From: Octopus vulgaris
Taxonomy: Eukaryota
Length of the DNA stretch: 64,000 bases
Assembly: GCA_951406725.2 (NCBI GenBank)
Contig: OX597817.1
Coordinates: 86,862,001 to 86,926,000, forward strand
Direction: 5' to 3'
Part shown: positions 54,956 to 64,000 of the stretch, one piece after another
Layout of the letters: each line of letters starts with the position of its first letter
Numbering within the stretch: the stretch's first letter is position 1
Made by a program: the position numbers and the translations under genes
Notes under the pieces: generated by a model
Told to the model about the DNA's origin: nothing
Database searches by the model: none
The model's input: the letters and a program-made list of their open reading frames with translations, nothing else

Positions 54956-55004
54956 ACGAGAGAGATAGAGAAGAAAAGAGAGAGGGAGCGAAAGAGGGAA
55001 AGAG

Positions 55005-55044
<40 letters not shown>

Positions 55045-55092
55045 CGAGAGAGATAGAGAAGAAAAGAGAGAGGGAGCGAAAGAGGGAAAGAG

Positions 55093-55166
<74 letters not shown>

Positions 55167-55220
55167 GAAGAAAGATAAAAGATTGAAAGATTCTAGAAGT
55201 GAAAGAGAATAAAAAAACAT
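54240..55220. repeat. Degenerate purine-rich minisatellite with (GA)n
   Basis: acgaaagagaat..taataaagagaaaacatgaaatagtga recurs at about 54352, 54572, 54729 and 54858. Confidence 0.75.
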
Positions 55221-56213
55221 GTTTGTGAATAAAGTTAAAGATGTTTTATATACAGATGGTGCCTTCTTTTTTTAAATACTGATTATGATACCTACTTTCT
55301 ACAGTACTGTTTATTAATTTATAAGCCTTTCATCATTACTTCAATCTGTATATTGTAGTGAAGTCTGTACTTTGCTGAAATGGATTAATAAAATAGTACG
55401 TGCTTGCAGTTGTCTCCCATATTTGTTCAATTGATTAAAGTAATATTAAGAACTCTCTCTCTCTCTCTCACTTTATTTTTTATCTCATTATGTAATTATT
55501 TCTAATTAAACATTACCAACACTACATATTTAACGTATGTGTATTGTTTAAACGGCAAAAGCTACGATCCCTTTAAAGACGTATAGTATTAAAGAACACT
55601 TTACATTTCAGAGATAATCGCTCTAGAAGTTATCATGAAAGTCACTGATACAGTATTTCACTGTTAATGCGGTTTATCAATACCGCAAACTCGCCTCTCA
55701 TACATATGTTAAATATGTGATATTGAAAACGTTTACATAACAGAGACTCTTCCATCGCATAATCTGAATTTATTCTACTTATGGGACGCATCTGCAAATC
55801 AGGAAATAGTTTATACATAATATTAATATACTTCAGACTAGCGATTCCGATTTCATTTCGGAGGTAAGCTGAGTTCGCGGTATTGATCAGCTGTCACGTG
55901 ATCACTTTTGGGGCAATTTCGATTCGCCTGGCTCTGAAGTATATTGTGTTTTTTAATACTATACGTCTTTTCAGGAATTTTTCCTAGACCAATGTATGCG
56001 CTATTACATAATAGAGTTGCTTCTATTGCACAATTCGAATTTATTCCTATTTTCTTCTTTTTTTTTTGATAATCTTCTTTAATTACAATAACTTTATTTT
56101 TTCTGAAAGACATTACGTTAAGAAGTTAGAAAGAAAGATAAAGAACAACAGAGAGAAAGAAGGAAAGAGAGAGGGAGAGTATAGATTTATTATTAGCTTC
56201 ATTTACTTGGTCG

Positions 56214-57170
56214 GGATCTTTTCGCTTTGACCGGCAGATTTTTATAATTATTTCTTTGTAACTAAAAAATTTTAAACTTAGTATACTGGTAGAATGTGTT
56301 TATAAAACATCTTTTTCTCTTGGGTTTCTTGAGAAAATTCTGTAGTTTGTAAGATATTTGGTCTTTAATTTCTTGCATTTCGGCAATTTCAACCAATCAA
56401 TGATGTCTATTGAGGTGAATTCAATTTCTGCCGTAGTGTGTCAACAACATTTATTTCCGGTGTCATATGAAATTGTCCCTGTTATTTATGAGAAAAAAGA
56501 TACCCTGTGGCCATAAACTGAGGGATCACTCGTAAACAGAGCTGGATAACAAAACCATCCCCTCTTTAGTGTCCACCCATAATTATGACCCTAGTATCGA
56601 TCTATTGCATTTCAATCTGTTTTAGGGTTAGGGTTAGAGTTAGGGTTGGGTTAGTGGTTGGGTTAGGGTTAGGGTTAGGGTAAAGGTTAGGGTTAGGGGT
56701 GGGGGAAAGTGTATCTTTTTTTTCTTCAGAAATGTAAATAAGCCCAATCTGTTTCTTAAACGAATATATAATATGTAATATGTGTATCTGTGCAACAGAG
56801 AGGAAAATTAAAACTGCATATGTTGTGAACTTAGAATATGTGTTTATTAATAAAAGTTTAATAACGATAATCTTTTATTCATACGAATGTAACTGATATG
56901 AAATATGTCATAAATAACAGGGACAATTTCATATGACACCGGAAATAAATGACACACTACGGCAGTAATTGAATTCACCTCAATAGACGTCATTGATTGG
57001 TCGAAATGCAAGAAATTAAAGACCAAATATCTTACAAACTACAGAATTTTCTCCAGAAAGCCAAGAGAAAAAGATGTTTTATAAACACATTCTACCAGTA
57101 TACGAAGTTTAAAAGTGTTTAGTTACAAAGAAATTATTTTAAAAATCTGCCGGTCAAAGCGAAAAGATCC
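56214..57170. mobile_element. MITE with about 270-bp TIRs, GG termini and 8-bp TSD (Merlin-like)
   Basis: cttggtcg|GGATCTTTTCGCTTTGACCGGCAG...CTGCCGGTCAAAGCGAAAAGATCC|cttggtcg. Confidence 0.9.
56622..56698 (+). repeat. Interstitial telomere-like (TTAGGG)n inside the MITE
   Basis: ttagggttagggttagagttagggttgggttagtggttgggttagggttagggttaggg. Confidence 0.9.
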
Positions 57171-58376
57171 CTTGGTCGAAGTGTGATTTAGTTGCCATTT
57201 TCAGTAGCTGAGTATCTACCTGTAGGTCTATTGTTGCTAATGTTTAACTTCAGATTATTCCTGATTAAGGAAACTGATGATTGAAGAGACCTGACTGAAA
57301 AACTGATGATTGAAGAGATATGACTGAGATCTATGATTAATTAGACTTATGATTGATGAAACTTAGGATTAAGGAGGCCTACAATCAAATGCCTATAATC
57401 CAGGCATTAGCGTCTTGTCTTTTCTGTATATTTTAACCTAAATTATTTCATGTTTTCTTTTTTTAAAATGGTAAAATGTTATTTAAATGAGATTTCGCTG
57501 CTGTTTCTACTAGATATAGCGACTCTATATTGCGGCAAAGACATTCTTCTACTTCTATCATAAAACGTTGTTAAATATTTAATAAGGAGCGGTGGTTTTT
57601 ATTGAAGGAAATACGACTCTCGGGACTATAAAACATAAATATACGACAGAGAAAGATGGTGGGGTGGTGGTTGGAGGTCGTGGTGGTGCTGGTTGTCGTG
57701 GTAGTAGTGGTGGTAGTGGTGTGGTAGTGGTGGTGGTGGTGGCGATGGCGGTGGTGATTGCGGTGGTGGTAGTAGTGGTAGAGGTGCTTGTGGTAGCAGT
57801 GGTAGAGGAGGGTTGGCGTTGGTGGGAGTGATGGTGCTGGTAATGGTGGTAGTGGTAGTTGTGATGGTGGGAGTGGTGGAGATGGGAATGGTGGTGGTGG
57901 TTATGGCGGCGGTAGTAGTGGGAGTAGTAGTAGTGATGATGGAAGTAGTGGTGGAGAAAGAGTTGGCGGTGCTGGTAGTGGTAGCGGTGGGGATGCTGCT
58001 GTTGCTGTGAAAAATTAGATAAAAAGAAAGATAAGAACGAAGCATGCAACGGAAGTTTCATATTTTTATATTTGTCATATAACAACCAGCGAATGGAATA
58101 AACTTTTCCTGCTCGTCTGCGCAATGGCATGCAAATTACATTTAAATACATACATTGACGCTACTCATATACTCATGTGTGTGTGCGTGCTCGAGTTTGT
58201 AAATGTGTGTATGTGTATGTATGGTATGTATGTGTGTGTGTGTGTGTGTGTGCGTGTCTATCTGTTTATGTTTGTGTATGTGTATATATATATATATGGA
58301 GGTAATATATATGTTGAGGCATATCTACTTTCATTTATTCGAAAGCTCACATTAGTATATAATTACATTTACACAC

Positions 58377-58429
<53 letters not shown>

Positions 58430-58450
58430 CATACATACATACATACTTAC

Positions 58451-58497
<47 letters not shown>

Positions 58498-58764
58498 TAT
58501 ATATATATGTATATATATATTCGTGTATGTATGTGCATATATGTATGTACGCATGTGTGTATATACAATACACACACACACACACGCACATAGACGTATT
58601 ATACGCATGCATACGCGCACACAGTTATTTTCGCAAGCGCATACATGTGTGGGTTCATGTGTTTACGAAGAAAGGAAAAGAGCGCTCAATACATGCTGTA
58701 GAGTTTATATTTATTAGGTAATCCACTGTATGGAGTGACAGTATGTATGCATGCGTGCATGTGC

Positions 58765-58795
<31 letters not shown>

Positions 58796-58819
58796 TGTAT
58801 GTATGTATGTATGTATGTA

Positions 58820-58855
<36 letters not shown>

Positions 58856-58949
58856 CACACACCTATGTATGCGTGTGTACGTTTGTATGTGTGTCTTTGT
58901 GCGCGTGTGTGCTTGTATGTATATCAGTGTCTAAGTTTGTGTATGCATG

Positions 58950-58986
<37 letters not shown>

Positions 58987-58988
58987 AT

Positions 58989-59025
<37 letters not shown>

Positions 59026-59134
59026 GCACACGTATATGTGCGTATGTATATATATATTATATATATATATATATATATACACACACGTATATGTGCGTAT
59101 GTATATATATGTATATAATATATATGTATATAAT

Positions 59135-59206
<72 letters not shown>

Positions 59207-59768
59207 GAAGTGGAAGTTACATAATTTGCCAGCACTCTACAGGAAATGAAAGTATAGTTTAATTAGGTAAATGGTTGAAAATTGACAATTACAGTTGACA
59301 AGCTGTGACGGAAGCCGATCATCAAAGACATCGGTGTGGGTTGTGATGGGGGAACGATTACAAGGTGTCTATGTATACGTATATCTATATTTATATATAT
59401 ACGTGGATACAGACATATGCACAAACACAAACACACGTGCGAATACACCCTCCAGCAGACACATGTTTACATGACTACACACTTAGATATATGAAAGGAG
59501 AGAGGGATGAGAGGAACACCAGAGAAGTCTGTGTGGAGAAAGTGAGGATACATAAGAGAAAATGGGACGGAGAGACGAGGGAAGGGGGTGAGAGAATGAG
59601 AGAGAGGGAGAGAGGGGCAAGTATAGAGAAAGAAAGTGTATCTGTGAGAGGGGGAGGGAGAGTGTGTTGGTATGAGAGAGGCGGTATGAGTGAGAGGGTG
59701 TATGTATGATTGTGTGAGAAAGGGGCGAGAGGAGAGAGGGAAGGAGAGTGGGTATGTGTAAGAGAGCC

Positions 59769-59803
<35 letters not shown>

Positions 59804-60507
59804 GCGAGGGCATGTGTATGTGTGTGAGATAGTGGTGGGAGAGAAGAGAGTGTGTTTATGTAAAACAAGAGAGGGAGAGAGATCGAAAGTGTGTATATGA
59901 ATGAGAAAAAGGTGGCGTGAAGGAGAGGGACAAAGAAGAAGAAGACGAAGAAGCAAGAGAGAGAGAGAAGGAGAGAGAGTGAGAAGGAGAGAGAGTGAGA
60001 AGGAGAGAGAGTGAGAGAGTGAGGAGAGTGAGAGAGAGTGAGAGCGAGATGGAGTGAGAGAGCGAGGGAGGAGAGGGAGATAGAAGGGAGAGAGAGCGGA
60101 AACGAGGATTGAAAAGATAGTGTAAGAGATAGGACTAGATAAAACAGTTGATGAGAAGAAAGGAAGGTGGATGATGGGATGGCGAGTATAAGGAACAGAA
60201 TAACGAGAATGAAGGGTGGAGGACGGGGAGACAGTTATGGATGAGGAGAAGGAATATAAAAGCGATGTGTGTGTGTGTATAAGTTTAAATGTTAACTAGA
60301 CACATGTTAACCTCGCAAGGAACAACTTAACTCGTTTATTCGCGTCATTTGTTCACTCAGTGTGCTCTACAACTAAATAACGTTAATAGGAGCTACGATT
60401 AAGTTCTGTGTAAATTTAAGCCGAGAGAGTGAATCTGCAGCATAGCCATATAAATGAAATAAGTATAGATACATAGAAGTCTACAATGAAAATATATGTA
60501 CGTTTAC

Positions 60508-60657
60508 AGTGACTTCACCGTAACTTAGCGGTTCGGCAAAAGAAACTGATAGAATAAGTACTAGGCTCACAAAGTCCGAGGGTCGATTTGCTCGACTAAA
60601 GGCGGTGCTCCAGCATGGCCACAGTCAAATGACTGAAGCACGTAAAAGAGTAAAGAG
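60508..60657 (+). mobile_element. 3' half of SINE family A
   Basis: acttagcggttcggcaaa..gtcgatttgctcgactaaaggcggtgctccagcatggcc. Confidence 0.8.
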
Positions 60658-60780
60658 TGTCAATATATATCTTTTCTTTATATGTCTGCATGTATATATA
60701 TATATATATATATGTCCGTTTGTCTGTTTATATATCTATGTAAATAAATAGATATCTCACTCACAAACATACACACACAA

Positions 60781-60820
<40 letters not shown>

Positions 60821-60867
60821 TTTGATACTTTGATAGGTTTCGCCATTATTGGCCCAGGCCATGTCTA

Positions 60868-60922
<55 letters not shown>

Positions 60923-61917
60923 CGATTTATCTATCTGTCTACCGACCGACCTACCTACCTATCTATCGATATGTGCAAACTTGTCGTTTCCTTGATCTCT
61001 ACCACTTTCTGTTATCCTCTAAGAAGGAGAAAGCAATAACTGTGCTGAGAGAGGTGGAACTTAGAGAAAGAGATATAAAGATAGACGGTAACGTTACATA
61101 GATGAATTGATAGGTTGAAGTAACCCAACAGTCAAGAGAACAGGCAGAGAAAGATAAGGTGAGATAACTACAAGAGTGCGAGAGCAAGCGAGTAATAAGA
61201 GCGAGGAAATGGTAATTAGAGCGGTAACATGATATAATAATAGAAGTATAAGAAGTGAGCGATTGATAGACACAGACATAGAGAAGTAGAGAGGTGTGGC
61301 ATAAAAAGAAGTTAGTGGGAAAGAACGAAAAGACGTGGATGCAGAGTTTGAATGAGAGGACAAATTGGAAACCAGATAAAGCGGGAATGAGGCTGTAAGA
61401 GAGAAGAACCGACGGTTCGAATATACAACAGGTTTTCTCAGTTACAAAGAAACTGTTCGATTTAGAACTGAAGAAGAAGATTATGGCACGAAGTCAATGC
61501 CCGACGTGATTTGAAGAAGAAGAAGAGATGGTGAAGAAAGACAAGAAATATGAGGATAAACGGTAGCAACGTTCAAGGTAGAAAGAAAGAAATAACTGAA
61601 CAAACACAGACATAGACATCGTTATTTTGATGGGTACTACACTCGTTTATACATATGCATGCATACATTCATACACACACACGTACATACATACATACAT
61701 ACATGCATGCATACATACATACATACATACATACATACATACATACATACATACAATATGTACTGTGTATACATATATATTTATAGATAAATATATAAGC
61801 ATATATGTGTGTGCATATGTATATATATTATATACACATAGATGCATACACAAACATATATGTATGCTTATATGTATATATGTATGTGTGTGTTTGTGTG
61901 TGTGTGTGTGTGTGTGA

Positions 61918-61957
<40 letters not shown>

Positions 61958-62526
61958 ATGCAACCTACCTATAATTATATGTTGTTTATTTGTATGTGTG
62001 TGTCTGCGTGGAGAGAAAAGAAAAGGAAAAGCAACTTCAGTAAAGAGAAGAGGGAGAAAATGAAAGAATGATGCTAAATTTGTAAATGACATTGATATAG
62101 TTTTAAAAATAGATAAGGAAAAAAAAAACACAATTCAAAATAAAGGCAAAAAACATACGCAAAAAAAATCCTCCTGTGCAGATACTGTGAGGAAGTACAA
62201 GTGGTAGAGAACGTGAGATATATTTATAAGTGATGGGAGGGAGGGCGTAATAGTGACGATAGTGGCGGGGAGTGGTGGCGGGTGTGGGTGATGGAATGAG
62301 AATGTAAGTGAATGAAGGCGAATAAGAAAAGAAAAGTAAAATTAGTGAATGAAAGAAGTTAGAGAGAAATGTCTAACTTCTGCTAGACGGAAATATACGT
62401 TTGTGTGAATATATATATGTGACGAAAAATGTGAGCGATGTATAAGTACGCAGGCAAAGCAGAGTTATAACAGAGTAATTTCCCTTCATTTTTAACGGTA
62501 TTTTTTCATAACGTTTTCAAATAGCC

Positions 62527-62589
62527 AGATAACCGAAGAGATGGTGTTGTGGATTTCCACTTCGGCATCTGAAACTCAGAGTTTTATCT
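62527..62589 (+). ncRNA. Type I hammerhead ribozyme, CCGAAGA variant
   Basis: agataa CCGAAGA gatg..gtgga-tt-tccac..catct GAAA ctc-a-gag TT ttatct; followed by (TA)n. Confidence 0.7.
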
Positions 62590-62615
62590 TGACTACCGAG
62601 TAATGTAACATATTG

Positions 62616-62650
<35 letters not shown>

Positions 62651-62892
62651 GTGTGTGTGTATGTATATATATATATATATATATATATACTACGTATGTA
62701 TGTATGTATGTATGTAGGTTAGTAGTTAATTATAAGCCAGTCTACGTAAAAACAGACTCTTTAGTTTTTGAAGTAGCTTGGTTAAGTACCACACACGAAA
62801 TCGTCGGCCCTAGGGTCAGTTTGTAACTTCTGCCAATGAAAAGAACAGCAAAATAACACACACACATACAAATATACATATAAATATACGTT

Positions 62893-62936
<44 letters not shown>

Positions 62937-63469
62937 CGTACAGATATATGTATGCATCTATCTATCTTTCTAGCTATTTAAAATGTGAACAGAGTGATGA
63001 ATGAAAAAAGACATGAGGCTGGTTATGTGGAGGAGGAGTAACGTTTAAAAAGAGCGTTTCACAAACAGGAAGTGGATACAAAAAAAAAAAAGAAAGATAA
63101 GGGGAGAGAAAGAGGAGAGAGAAGGAGAGAGTAATTTAGTGAGACGTGAGTGCTTTATGATTGATAGTAACTGGAAATGTAAGGGAGGAAGTGAAATAGA
63201 AGACGAAAGAAATACTTGCGAGATAATAGCGCAGACAAGTCGAGAATGTTGAAGTTAAAAACATGTGAGAAAAAAAACAATAACAGAGCTCCGTTGTTGC
63301 GTATGTTTGTAAGTAGGGTACATACGGTACACACTACTCCCTACAGTGTCGTACGAGTATTTGGACTCATGTTTTTCCCATAAACTTGTCCGTAAAACGG
63401 ATTCACTCTTGATTTCAGTTGTTTTCGTTGTTGCTGGTTTTCATGTTTTTATTATTGCTGCTGCTGTTA

Positions 63470-63886
63470 AAGACGGTGTGCTGGGAGAATAGTGAGCACG
63501 TCTGGCAAAATGCGTAACGGCAAACAGTCTGTCTTTACGTTCTGAGTTCAAATTCTGCCGAGGTCAGGTTTACATTTTAGTCTTCCTGGGTCGATAAAAT
63601 AGCACCAGTTGTAATCGATGTCATCGACTTATCCCCTCCCCTGAAATTGCTGGCCTTCTGCCAGAATTTGAAACGATTGTTGCTGCTGCTAAGGCAGCGA
63701 GCTGGCAGAATTGTTAGTGTCTTAAAAGCTGTCTTGCGGCATTTCTTCCGACTCATTACTTCATGAGTTCAAATCCCTCCACAATCAACTTCATCTTTTG
63801 TCTTTTCCGGTTGACGAAAGAAGTACCAGTCAAATACTGAGGTCGATGTAAACGACTTGCAACACCCCACCTCAAAACTGGTGGCC
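63470..63886 (+). mobile_element. Two diverged SINE family B copies
   Basis: ctgagttcaaattctgccgaggtc..gggtcgataaaat; aaggcagcgagctggcagaa..gagttcaaatcc. Confidence 0.7.
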
Positions 63887-64000
63887 GGATCTTTTCCTTT
63901 TGAACGGCAGTTTGTAACATAATTTCTAGGTAATTAAAAGTTTTAAACTTCGTATACTGGTAGAATGTGTTTATAAAACATCATTTTCTCTTGGTTTTAT
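63887..64000. mobile_element. Left TIR of a second copy of the Merlin-like MITE (runs off the window)
   Basis: GGATCTTTTCCTTTTGAACGGCAG..ttttaaacttcgtatactggtagaatgtgtttataaaacatc matches 56214 onward. Confidence 0.85.

Noticed and set aside
57270-57360. CTGATGA within short 29-bp tandem repeats
   Set aside because: No stem II/GAAA/stem III arrangement, so not a hammerhead.
57579-58151. His/Thr/Pro-rich 190-aa ORF
   Set aside because: Derived from a degenerate (GGT/AGT)n microsatellite.
60820-60870. gcca-ataa-tggc GAAAC hairpin on minus between TA arrays
   Set aside because: The CUGANGA box is missing; at most a deleted hammerhead remnant.

Overview
AT-rich eukaryotic intergenic or intronic DNA. 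The microsatellite density and SINE repertoire suggest an octopus or other coleoid cephalopod, but this is an inference. I can support no intact host gene, rRNA, tRNA or CRISPR array; most predicted ORFs are microsatellite translations. The window is a mosaic of transposon relics: mariner/Tc1 fragments, two non-autonomous Helitrons plus Rep and helicase fragments, five R4/Dong-like RLE LINE fragments (four beside TAA or GAT repeats), an RTE LINE end with three C2H2 fingers, three tRNA-type SINE families, a Merlin-like MITE (8-bp TSD) containing TTAGGG repeats, and two Neptune-type Penelope (GIY-YIG) fragments. The main hidden signal is about 15 type-I hammerhead ribozyme motifs, read by eye on both strands. 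They lie in short, TA-microsatellite-embedded, often fold-back or tandem elements resembling retrozymes or non-autonomous Penelope-like elements. Several have recurrent variant cores (U3-A8, U4C, CUGUGGA). All RNA folds are hand-derived and activity is untested.
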